59,957 nt of DNA, taken from the NCBI GenBank assembly GCA_002245135.1, contig NGBS01000602.1:62001-121957 (forward strand), read 5' to 3'. The translations under genes and the position numbers were made by a program. This DNA comes from Proteromonas lacertae (taxonomy: Eukaryota). Shown piece after piece: positions 26,930-39,600 of this stretch. Under the pieces are notes generated by a model that was given only the letters and a program-made list of their open reading frames with translations, had not been told where the DNA came from and did no database searches. Within the stretch, counting starts at the first letter, position 1. Every line of letters starts with the position of its first letter.

Positions 26930-28267
26930 ATGTCTGAGTTCCATAAACGGAGCTTATCTCAGTCTCACATTAATGTTCGTGTCATCAAAGTTCAAGACAA
27001 TAATAACTCAAATGAATTAAAAAATAGTCAATCGTCAGATAACTGTATTTACTCAATGGTGAAAAAGAAAAGTGAAAATAATATGGGCAGAGGTATTAGA
27101 TCATTATCATCATATGCTGTACATAAGAAAAATGCTGCATCTTGTGATTTCGAAGAATTAGACGAAGAAAAACAATCTAACCTATTGAATATGAATTCTA
27201 GTGATTTAGTATTGTCAGGCTCGATAATTTGTACACCAGTGACTACTCCATCACATTCTTGTCATAATAAATCAGCCTTTAATTTTTCACCAGATACCTC
27301 ATCATCAGAGCAGACTCCTAAGTTAATAAGAGAGAAAGCAAAGGAATATCGAAAGAAAAGAGGAAAGAATCTATATTCCACTATAGAAGAGAGTTCCAGT
27401 ACAGATATACTGAGTAACTCAATACTAGACACAAATATAACATTGCCTCCACCTCCTACCTTGGAAAAAGTAAATAGTGATTTAAGCATTGGGAAAATAA
27501 TAATAGCTCAATCTGTGATTAGAAGACACTTAACAATGAAAAGGATAAAGGATCAAGAAGAATATAGAGTACGATACCGAACTGTATTAGAAAGAAATTG
27601 TGAAAAAGCATACCAAATAGAAATAAAAAGAATTGAAAACCTGTTACAAAGTGGATTAAAGTGTAAAGAATATGATGAAGCTGTTGAACAAGTTAAAGAA
27701 TATGTAAATGATATATTAAAAGATCCACTAGATGTTAATGATTATAAAACCAAAGTTCAATATTTATTTTCATTGTGTGATGAAAAACAACAAGGATGTT
27801 TAGAAGAGACACAGTTTTTGGTTTTAACAGAACAAATAATGAAATTATCAGTACCAAGATCGAGTTATGAGCATTTATTTAATAAAGATAATCAGATATA
27901 TTGTGATTTTGAAAGGTTTTATCGATGGTTCAATCGTATATATATATATAATATTATATATAGACAGAAAAGAAAAAGGTGTGAGATCTAATGGTTTGTT
28001 TAGACAGATTAGCGATTTATTTTCAGAACATAAGTTATACCCTTACATGTATTTATATTATTATTATTATTATATGATGATAGGTGTCATATTAAATGCG
28101 TTTTACATGAAGAATTAGTCACATCAAAACTGAAACAATATGATAGTAATAATCCTCCACTTTTTCAATGTCCTATTTGTTGTAAAGTATATGTTAATCC
28201 ATTAAAATTATCTAAACATATCGTTCAATGTAATTATGATAATTTTGTGGTTGCCACTTCAAATTAG
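26930..28267 (+). CDS. IQ-motif / EF-hand-like / C-terminal C2HC zinc-finger protein, paralog 1
   Basis: IIIAQSVIRRHLTMKR (IQ-like); YLFSLCDEKQQGCLEETQF; FQCPICCKVYVNPLKLSKHIVQC. Confidence 0.75.
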
Positions 28268-28611
28268 TTAATATTTATTTAATTAGTACCAATTGATTAA
28301 GATATTTTCTAGGTTTTTTATATAACTGTCACCAAAGAATGTTTAGAAAAAAGGCATTTCCATAATAAGCCAATATTTTATTATGTAACAATATATCACT
28401 TCAATTATTACTTGTGCTTCATAATATATACGTATAATTAAAGTAATGGAACACAATACAACTGCTACACATGTTAATACCTATTTAAAAAATATATGCC
28501 ACAAATATTTCCAAATTAAAAATATTACCAAGCCAAGCTTTTTTGTCATTGAAGTTTTTTAATTCAGATATAAAAGAATAAATATAAAAATAATTTGTAA
28601 GTAGCAAAGTT

Positions 28612-29906
28612 ATGCATAAGTTTAGATCAAGCTTAGATAAGCCTAATTTACCTACAATACCTTTGTTATCCACTCAGCCGTCACCACACAAGAATCCACA
28701 TGGTTCACCGACATTGTTAAGACAACAACAACATAAAGAAATGAATTTTTCTCCGTGTTATGTGAATAACAGTGATTATAGTACATTAAGGAATATTAAT
28801 AACAGTTTAATTATATCATTTGATGAGACAAGCAACAAAGAGAATGGAGAAAGTGATAATAGCATACAGATATCTCCAACTTCTCCATTTTATTCTAGTG
28901 AAAGGTATTCAAGATCAATGACTTTATCTGATAATTCATCTACAGAATTAGGAACAGAAGAGTCAAATATTACAAAAGCTCGAACATCTTTAGCAATAAC
29001 AAGAAAAAGAGCAAAATTCTATAAACATAAAAGAGGTTCAAGTCTGTTTGCTCCTCCATCTCCATTGAGTGACAAAGTGTTAAACTCCGTATCACCTAAA
29101 GAAGAAGGAGAAGAAGAAGATGATGATGATGAAGATGATGAAAAGTATATAAGGAAAGTAGTGATAGTTCAATCTACAGTAAGAAGGTTTTTAGTGTATA
29201 ATAGAATAAGAAGAATGGAAAGAATGAGAATAAAAGATCGAACAAAATTAGAAGAAGAATTAAATAATAGATATATTCAAGAGATTGAAAGAATTACTAA
29301 CGCAATTGAACAACATCTTCCATGCAAAGAATATGAAGAAACTGTGGATTTATTCAACCAATATGTGGATGATATAGAAAAAACTGAAATATGTACTGAT
29401 GATCAAGAAGAAAAATTGAAATATTTATTTTATATATGTAGTGAAGACACATCTAAATCATTGAAAATAAGCGAATTTCTTGTCTTAACGAATGAAATAA
29501 TGAACTTATCAACTCCTGATTATAGTTACATTTTATTATTTCCTGATGATTTATCAAGAGTAGAGTTTATTCCATTTCTCTTATGGTATAAAACTTCGAA
29601 AGAAAAAGGTGTGACACAGAATAATTTTGTATATATATAATAATAATAATACTATTAATATAGATAACATCAAAAATAAAGGATATGTTTAAACAAAAAG
29701 CATTTTATCCATATATAAATCATATAAAAATACATTTACACACAAAAATAGTTAGTTCGATGTTGGCTAACTATGACAGACTAAATGAACCTCTGTTTCA
29801 ATGTCCAATTTGTCATTTAACAACAATGATACCAAAAGATTTATCTAAGCATATAGTTCAATGTAGATATGATAATATACTTAGTAGAACATCAGAGTTT
29901 CAATAA
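28612..29906 (+). CDS. IQ-motif / EF-hand-like / C2HC zinc-finger protein, paralog 2
   Basis: VVIVQSTVRRFLVYNR; YLFYICSED; FQCPICHLTTMIPKDLSKHIVQC; one intron at about 29629-29663. Confidence 0.8.
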
Positions 29907-31557
29907 TAGATTACAATTAATTTAAAGTATAATATTTATTTCGTGTAGTCAAACATGATAGTATAATTTCATATTATTAGATGTTTTTTGTTAGTATTAA
30001 ATGATCCATTGTATGTGTTTGTTGGTAATTGAACATAAAAAACAAGACATGATTTATATTATCATTTTTTAGTGACAGTATGCAAAATTAGATACTGATT
30101 ATTTAAGGTCTAATAAAGTGTTTACTGATATGTTTATTATCCCTAAACAAAGCAGATTACTATACATTAACTAATATATTAAAATTTTATCACTATCACC
30201 GTTATTGATATTATAAAAGAAATTTATACTATATGTAGAATAATGTATTTCCAGGTATAATGAGTGATCCATTTGGAAAATTCTAATGGCTGACATGCAA
30301 TACAAATTTGATCCGCTAAATTGAAAAGTAAACCACACATTTGACTTTTGGTACATAGATGATTCTGTAGAGGATGGGTCTACTAAGCTAATGCTTGTAG
30401 AACCATTATACATAGTTGAGTATCTATTCATATCAACTGCCACGTTATTGGTTCGATACTCATGCGGAACCATTTTTATGTTAGAATTTACTACACTTGT
30501 GCTTTTTAAATGATTACTGATGCAACTACTTGTTTTTTTTAGATTTGACTTTAGATTCTCGTTCTCTGTTTCACGCATTTTACAAATATGTTTCTTTTTC
30601 TTGCAAAGACATACAGTACATGTTCTCATTCTTTTTCTAATAAACATCACACTATAAAAACTGATACTCTTTTTTATCTTTGCCAAAACATGTTGTACGC
30701 AACATACATTTACATGATGAGCAGCTAGAAATTTATGAACACCATATATATACTAATAGAGCATTATCAAAGAATTTGTCCGTTACGCGAAATAATTGTT
30801 ACTTATTCAGCATGGATACAGTGAAATCACTACAAAATATAAGAAATATTTTTGCTTATTATAATTTAATAGAAATTTTTTAAATGTAATATTAGTATTT
30901 TAAAGATGAAGAAAATGAATTATACAAGTTATTAGTATACTTAAATATAAGAAGTAAAAGGATGATATTATAAAGCAAATAATGTTATTTAAACAACATA
31001 AAAATATGCACTGCAGTAGAAATTTCAAATAATAATCTTAATTACAATTATATCCGTTTCATAAATATCAGTTGTTTGTATGTATTATTGACTGAAATAA
31101 TATAAAGATATTTTAATTGTGAAAATCAAAACAAATATATTGTTGTATGATATGAAATAGAGAAAAAAAACTTCAATACCCTCAAATGAGGATTTTTAAG
31201 GTAGGAAAGAAATTTGTTTAATAGAACCAAATAGTATACAATAAGATCGAAAAATTACCACGTTACTAGTTTCCTTAAAAGTTTTGCACTACATCTTTTA
31301 ATTCATCAACTTAGTAAATCTTTAAATAATGTTATACTACTTTCTGTATTTATTGCTGAATAAAAAATATAAGTATCTTCAGTTATATACCTTGAATCTT
31401 ACTATAATTAAATACTTGTGTAACACACAAGTATATAAAACTGTAAAATTGCATAAAAGTATGCGATTATAGTGAATATATGTTCTAAAATCTTGTGATG
31501 TGAAGATTTTTATTCTTCATCTTATTAAATGATTTTTATATTTCATTTTTTCTAACA

Positions 31558-32896
31558 ATGAAAGCTAACAACAATACACATAAAGAGGCCAACATTTGAA
31601 ACACAAGCACCTAAAATACGTGTTTATTACCTGAAAACATCGATGAGTTATAGCATTAAAAACACTAGGCAATTGAGGGTGACCATTGATGAAAATAGTA
31701 AACAGTCTTTACTTTTAAGATCATCCCAAAAGAAAATGTACAAGTGAAACATCGACTACAAGCGTTGGTTCATTAGGAGTATCATTTGATGATAGCGATG
31801 AAGAAGATGATAATAAACAACTTATTAGTAGCACTGAAAATTATTTTACACAAAATATTAATCATGCAGTTAGTAACAACAATGTATCAGATAATTCTTC
31901 AACATAAAGTGGCGATAAAATAGTTCTGACATATTCTCAATCAGATACTGTTAAAAGAAGAAAAAGAGCATCATTATATAGAAAATTGAGAGGTGAATCA
32001 TTATATTCTAACTGAATCACCAGTGGATTTACCCAAAGGATTTGAACATTCCATTTATAGTAATGATTACATTATTGAACCTAATGAAAGAAATATTGAA
32101 AAGATAATAAAAATACAATCTATAATTAGAATGTTTTTAGTCATGAATAGAATTATAAATAGAGAAAAAAATCGATTGCAAGGCAGGAAAACATTAGAAT
32201 CGAAAGCATATATAGCTTATAATAATGAATTACAAAGAGTAAAAATGTTAATAGAAAAAGGAAAGCCATGTAAAGAGTATGAAGAAGCAGTAGAGATATT
32301 ACATCAATATGCAGAAGATTTAGATAAAAAAGGAATAGAGGATAAGGCAAGAAGAATCAAAATTAGAATATTTATTTTATATATGTAGCGAAGATGAAAC
32401 AAACACTCTGTTTTTAAATGAGTTTTTAATTCTAACAAATGACATTTTGAAGTTATTCAACTCCTGTAGTTAGTTATAATATGTTATTTCCAGAAAAGAA
32501 TAGCAAAATCAATTTAACTAAATTCTTACAATGGTATAAATCATGTAAAAGTAAAGGAGTTAAAAGAAGCAACATAGTATATATATATATATATATATAT
32601 ATATTCTTACTACTGTAATAATAGATTAAAAGAAAACTATCCTTCTGTTTCTCAAAACCAATTACTTATCCATATTTGTATATAATTACTATTATTATTA
32701 CTTGCTTAGAAAATATATTAAATGTTTATTACTCTCTAAATATGTTACAAAAGCTTTAGAAGAATTTGATGACTTGCATGAGCCTCAATTTCAATGTCCT
32801 ATCTGTCACATTACTAATTTAATACCAAAATACATGTCAAAACATATCGTTCAATGTAAATATGATAGAAATTTGTGTAAAAAAGCTCATACGTAG
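31558..32896 (+). pseudogene. IQ / EF-hand-like / C2HC protein, paralog 3, disrupted (pseudogene or assembly errors)
   Basis: IIKIQSIIRMFLVMNR and FQCPICHITNLIPKYMSKHIVQC are present, but there is an in-frame TAA at 31905 and +1 shifts near 32010, 32346 and 32456. Confidence 0.65.
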
Positions 32897-33033
32897 AGGA
32901 TAGTTACTATTTGTGTTAATCATTGTTGTTTGGATATAAAATAATACATAATAACATTTCATATACATAATAAATGAAAAAAACAATGATCTTGGTTTGA
33001 GTAAAGTTTGAGAAATCATTTTAAGATTTTAAA

Positions 33034-35707
33034 ATGAGCAATTACAGTAGTATATATGCTACTTTAGTTGTAAAGAAGAAAGAATCATTGTTTTCTCCAA
33101 AAAACCTTTCAAGAGAAGTTTTTGCAGGAATCTTGTCGTATTTTTCTTCTTCTATTGATAATTGTAGAGTTTTAGCAATTGCAATTAATGGCATCGCTTT
33201 AGCTCAAGTGTTTTTTAAAGGTGATATGGCACCGTATGCAATATAGTTTATATTCTTTAGATACATGGTTAGAGGAGTTCAAGCATGTCTTATTGGGCTT
33301 TGTATGAGTTAGATTATGTTATTGTGCTTATAGTTATACAGCAGTTTACTGTGATTGGTTTTAGTAAATATAAAAACTCAGTAGTTGCAGTTTCTATAGA
33401 GACAAGTCCATTTATAGTAGAATCATTAAAGAATATATATGAAAAAATGAAAGGTGAAAGTGATCAAGCCAAATTAGCCACAACTTTAATAGTATTTGCG
33501 ATGCAAGCATTATTAGCAGGTATAATATGTGCTATTATAAGAATCTTACATATTGGCACAATTGTAGACTATATACCCTATCCTGTAAGAAGTGGAGTAT
33601 TTGCTTCAGTTGGTTATTTCCTTTACATTTACAATTTTGATTTAGCATATGGAGAAAGTTTCTATTGGGGCTTATTTAAAGATTATAATTTAGTTTATTT
33701 CTTTATACCACATATATTAGGAATTGGCTTATTTATATTCACTAAATTTGTTAAAAGTCCATATGTTCAACCATTATTTATTATAATTGGAATAATTGTG
33801 TTTCATATAATAAGATTGATAGGTGGATGGTCAATCAATGAATTTAGAGATAACTTATGGTTTGTGCAAGACACTCCAGTAACTCCATTTTACGAATATT
33901 ATCAACAAATTCGATTTGGTTTAGTAAAATGGGATTTAATTGCAAATGAAATTCCCAATATCTTAGTCGGTGTATTGATTGGACCAGTATTAAATGTATG
34001 TTTAAATGCAGTGATGTTAGGATATATGTTAAAGAGAAGTATTGATATTAATAAAGAAATCTTAAGTCATTCAATTGGTTATTGTTTAATTGGATGTTTA
34101 GGTGGATATTGCTCTCAAGCTGGAATGTCGATGACAACTTTACATGTATCAGCAGGTGGTAATACATGGGTATCAAGTGGTGTAGTTGGGTTAATATTAT
34201 TCTGTATATATTATTATTATTATTATTATTTATAGTGATGTTTGCATTACATTGGTGTTTGGTGATAATAGGTTATTTACCTCGTCCAATCTTAGCAGCT
34301 GTATTTGTGAATGTTGGTTTAGGCATTATTATTAATACATTCATTGAAATATGGTATCAGTTAACTAAAATCGAAGTGTTATTGGTTTTAGTGATATTAA
34401 TATGTAGTGCTACATTAGGATTTGTATATGGTGTAGTAGTTGGTTTAGTCTTGGCATTTGTATTATATATTTACACTACAAGTCGTTCTAATAATGTAAC
34501 TGCTGAGACAGATGCTACGACATTAGGTAGTAATGTAATTAGACACTTGTACCAATCGGCACAATTAAATAAATTAGGAAAACATATTAGAGTTGTTCAA
34601 TTAAGTGGATTCTTATTTTTTGCTTCTAGTTATCAATTGACTACTGATATATTAAGTAGAGTATTGAAGAAAATGAATATTAAAGATGAAAGTGAAAGTA
34701 TTACTCATATATCCTTTTTTTATTAGATATTTATATATTATTATTATTATTATTATTATCTTTAATTTTATTTCTTTTTTTAAGTTATATTAGATTTTAC
34801 TAGAACGAATAGTATTGATTCAACAGCTTTTATAGCATTTGTTGAATTATGTGAAAAATTAACATCATTAGATGTATTTGTTGGTTTTGTGGTACTTAAA
34901 CAAACAAGAAGAGAAAGAATGGAAAATATGGTAAAAAGATCATCCGCTAAACCAGATTTTTACAAATTCTATTTTTCATTAGATAATGCAATATCTGAAT
35001 TTGAAGATTCTGTTGCTGAAAGGTTTACTGGATTTGTTATTCAAAATCAAATTCCAATCTCACCCAGAATAGAAGATACAAAAGCATTACCTAAATCTTC
35101 TACTAAGAAAGTAGATATTAATTGGAAGAAACAAACTCCAATCACAAGGTTAAGATATTTAATGAAGATGTTAAGTAATTTCAGTGAACATCCTATTTGT
35201 CAATCTATTTTATATGCTATATCTGAAGGATATGCGAAATATGTTATTTTAGAAACAGGACAAGTTTTATATCGTGAAAATCAATTGTCAAATGGTCTAT
35301 ATTTCCTTATCAATGGTAAAACTTCCTCTTATATAGCTGATGATTTGATTATGTCTGAGGCTACAACTAGAGAAGGAATAAATATTCTAAGAGTGCCAGA
35401 TAAAGCTGAATATGAAATGAATAAGTTATGGGTTAATAAATATCCTGGTACTTTTATAGGATTAATGCCTGAAAGAGGTGTTATAACTTTGAATGAAGAA
35501 ACATTGTTAGCTGACAAATCTACATTGTTATTACATCTTGATAGATCTTCTTTAAGAACAATGGAAGAAATTGTGCCTGATTTAGTCGCCTCATTTTATT
35601 TATACGATAGACTTGTCAGGAGAAGGAAATTAAAGTTTTTGAAAAATAGAATTCGTCAAAGTAGACAAGAAGATGTTTTGATGGACAGTAGAAAGGGAAT
35701 GTTCTAA
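33034..35707 (+). CDS. SulP/SLC26-family transporter with STAS and cyclic-nucleotide-binding domains
   Basis: Many TM segments, YIPYPVRSGVFASVG, LSGFLFFAS, STAS ILDFTRTNSIDSTA, cNMP-like LETGQVLYRENQLSNGLYFLINGK..PGTFIG. Confidence 0.88.
34709..34783 (+). other. Candidate U12-type intron with AT-AA ends, 75 nt
   Basis: 5' ATATCCTTTT and branch-like TCTTTAAT at 34759; removal gives ESITH-VILDFTR. A GT-AG alternative (34698-34784) is also in frame. Confidence 0.5.
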
Positions 35708-35903
35708 TGACTTATCTATACTCATGTATATGTATATATACTATAAAATTTTGTGTGTGTTTTGGTAATTAAACCTATTCTAAATGAAAAAGAACATTTT
35801 TAATATTTAGGGGTATGAAAATTCTTTTTTTTTGTTCCGATTTTTAAAACATTATTTTTGATAGTTGAATGAAATAAAATATATCTAATTTATATTCAAA
35901 CTG

Positions 35904-36141
35904 TATGCAAATATTGGATGAAATAGAATCGTTAAATGCCATATTTTCTTCTCGTATATTTGTCAACATATCTTTGTTGTAATTAGAAGAACTAAACTAC
36001 GATTTTAATTACATTGCATCATTGAAAGATATTTTAAGAGAAGATAATAAAGATGTAAAAACTGAGTTTCTTCATCAATTTGATTTATCTCTTAATATGA
36101 ATGTATTATCACCTGTTACACATGATCTAGAAAGAAAATAA
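35904..36141 (+). CDS. Short RWD-domain-like N-terminal fragment (possibly truncated)
   Basis: MQILDEIESLNAIFSS resembles the first helix of RWD domains; one GT-AG intron; early TAA. Confidence 0.3.
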
Positions 36142-36648
36142 TGTTGAATATTAAATAATTTATTTATTATTTATGTTGTTATTATTATAGTTAAAATAAC
36201 ACATGCTTGGGGTAGAATGAAAAATGAAATGAACAATATTTTCGCTTGTATTTAGTAGCTAAAAATTTTTATATCTTATTTTTTTTTAGCAATCAATAAT
36301 TAAAGTAATTGTCAGCATAAATAAATAAATAATAAACACAAAATATAAATAATATATATAATTAAGTAATTAAAAGAATTATTTGTTAAAATTATTATCT
36401 ATAAATAATAATACGTTATCAAAGTTATCTATTTTTTTATTTAATAAATAAATAAGAGTGATAATAATTAATTGTCCATCAAATGAAATATTATTATAAT
36501 TATTATTAATAAATAAACAAAAATCATGTTTGTTTATTCTATCATACATTAATGAAGTTAATTCATCATATATACCTGTAATACAGTATTGATCAATTTC
36601 ATTGATCATATTGACATTAAAACATTGTTTAATAATAGAAAATTTTCT

Positions 36649-39600
36649 TTATTTAATATCTTCAACAAAAGCGTTTAATTCATCAAATGTAAAACATATT
36701 GTTCTTATCTTTTTCTTTGCTTCTTCAAAAAGTTTAGATTTATCAGTTTTATAAGTCATAGGTTGAAAAATTTTGGGATATTTAGATATATCTCGATTAT
36801 CTTTTAATTTTATACTCACTTGGTTATTTGGGCTTATATAAAATAAACCATATGGAGAATTATTATTAATAGCTGTTTTGTTTTTGAAAAACATTTTATT
36901 TAGATTTTGAAGAATCATTATCATTTCAGGTGCTAATGAATGACTCTTTCCAACAGTAATTTGAATTCCATATGAACCTAGTAATAAATCAATATCGGGG
37001 TGATTATGTTTATAATTTAAGTCAATAATTGGAAATTCTTTCTTCTTATAATTAAAAGTGTCTATTTCTTTCTGTAAATCACCATCATCTGAAACTTTAA
37101 CTATTTCTTTTTTATCAAAGACAACATATTTATTCTTTTTATCATCTAAGTAATATTCTTTAATTTCATTAATCAAACTATCATAAAAAGTTTTACAATT
37201 CTTCATTAAATATGATATAATTCTTTCATATAATAATCCAGCTAAACTTCCTACTGGATTTTCTTTTAATAGTTTTATCATTTTTTCACAACTTTCTTTA
37301 TCATTTATCTTATAAAGTTTATCACATACCATCTTTTTGACTTCTTCAGATATAAATATAAGACCATTGGATTTTATAATACCATTTTCATCTTCATATG
37401 TATCATATATCAATATATTATCATATTCACCTTTTGAAAATGGAGATTTATTTATTCTTTTTAATATTTCTTCCATTATCACCTTGTTCTTTTCATCATT
37501 AATTTCAATATTTATATATTTTTCACTATCTTCATTTTTATAAAAACCAATAATACCTTTATATAATGGGTATTTTTCTTCATACACTTTTTTCCACTTG
37601 TTATATTTATTCTTATTGAAAAATATTTGTGATTCATCAGAATTTATTTCATCACTATTTGTAAATCCTTTATATGTAATATCCAGTTCAATTCCATTCA
37701 ATTTTCTAACTTCAATAAATCTTGTTTCTCCAACTTTCTCTACTTCTTCTTGTGTTAATTGAGGTATATACATTATTGATGGAAATCTTTTACTTTGAAA
37801 TGTTTTATACTGATTCTTGGATGGATTAGCTAATAATATTATCATTTTTGCATCTGCATAATCATCTTCACCAATTACAACTTCATCAGAAATTACTATT
37901 TGAAATTTATTTTTCTTATCATAATATTCTTTGTTTTTGTAAGGACAGGTTTTTCCTTTAATTAAATGTAATATACTAACACTTTTACCAAATGTCTTAT
38001 GAATATATTCTCTAATGATATCAACAAACTTTGACTTTCCTATTCCATTATGACCAAATATTAAATAATTTCTTTGGTTATCATTATTAATATTAAAATT
38101 TGAAGGGAAAATAATATTCAACATCTTTTTATAACATTCTCTCACCAAAGTAACTTTACTATTATGTATATACACTTCCATTTTTGATAAAACTATTCTA
38201 TTAGTAGTACTTGATGATAATAATGTTAGTGATGGTAATTTCGGTGGTGATGTTGTTGCTGATGGTGGTGATGATATATTCCATTGTTGCTCATCTTCTT
38301 TTTCTATTTCTACTTCTTGTTTTTCTTTTCTTTCCGATTGTTTCTGTTCTATTTCTACTTCTTGTTTTTCTTTTCCTTCTTGTTTCTGTTCATTGTTATC
38401 ATCTTCATCCTGTCCATTATCTTCTTCTTCTTCTTCTTCTTCTTCTTGACTTAATGATATAGGAAAAGTATCATAATATTTTACTCTTCTATTTAGTATT
38501 ATACAACATTTAAACTCATATCTTTCATTCATATTATATTTCTATTTAATTAAAAATATAAATATATGTATACTCTTATAGATTCTTTTATTTTTTCTTG
38601 TATTTTATCATCATTCTTAACTTTTTCATTATTCAGAAGTACTTTTATAAATACTCCATTCATTATCAAGTCAAAGAAATTATTTTCATCCAATATATAA
38701 AACACTGATTGTAAGGAATTTGGAGGATGATAAACTGGAACATATAACTCAGAATTCATTTCAAAATTAGAATCTTCATAGTTGAACTCAATCATACCAG
38801 TACTTAATTCATATGCTATTATCTGTTTTAATGCCATTCTTCTCATATATATATCATTAGTTGATGTATAATATTCTTCAATCTGATGATATTCTTGTTC
38901 ATTTTTAGGTGGATTAAATTTACATACTATATATCTTTCTACTTCTTCAGAAATGAATTTCAATTTTCTTTCTGGTTGTAGTGTCATTCTTCCAACTTCA
39001 TTATCCCATACTTGTTTTAAATCATATTTTAATATAATGTTAGATAATTCTTTCAATTTATCTTTTCCCATATAATCATTCACAAACTGAATATAACCTG
39101 TTGTTCCTACTACACTTTCTATTAACTGCTTATAATATTTCCAATAATCTCTATTATAATTATTGTTATACAAATAATGGTAATATATTTGTCGAGGTAT
39201 ATTACCATACTTTTCACATATTAGATCAAATTCAGTACCTTTATCAAAATTAATACAATATGTAAACCATTCTTCTATTTCTGTTTTATTTAAAGTATCA
39301 AAATATAAATTTTTAGTATTGTTATCAATATATGTTTCATGATTTTTAAAATCAGGAGAACTGATTGATATTACTATATTACTATCCTCAAACTCCTCAT
39401 TATAAGTATCAACTATTATCAACGAATACTTAATATCATGTGGATTTATTTTGATTTTAAATAGTATATATTCTCCATTAATATTTTCAAACTTGTATAC
39501 TTCACCTTGTTTTATATCACCATATTTCTTCCCTTTAATGAAATATATGTTTTTCATCTTTTTACAAGCATCGAAAACATAATAATTAAATCCAATACCT

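Noticed and set aside
30171..30883. ORFs 30171-30686 (-) and 30680-30883 (+)
   Set aside because: No recognisable domain, non-ATG starts and no clear exon structure; could be decayed sequence, so not annotated.
36379..36609. 76-aa ORF directly downstream of the CR-type gene as a possible immunity or antitoxin gene
   Set aside because: Extremely AT-rich with no motif, and no counterpart follows the paralog; it cannot be distinguished from 3' UTR.
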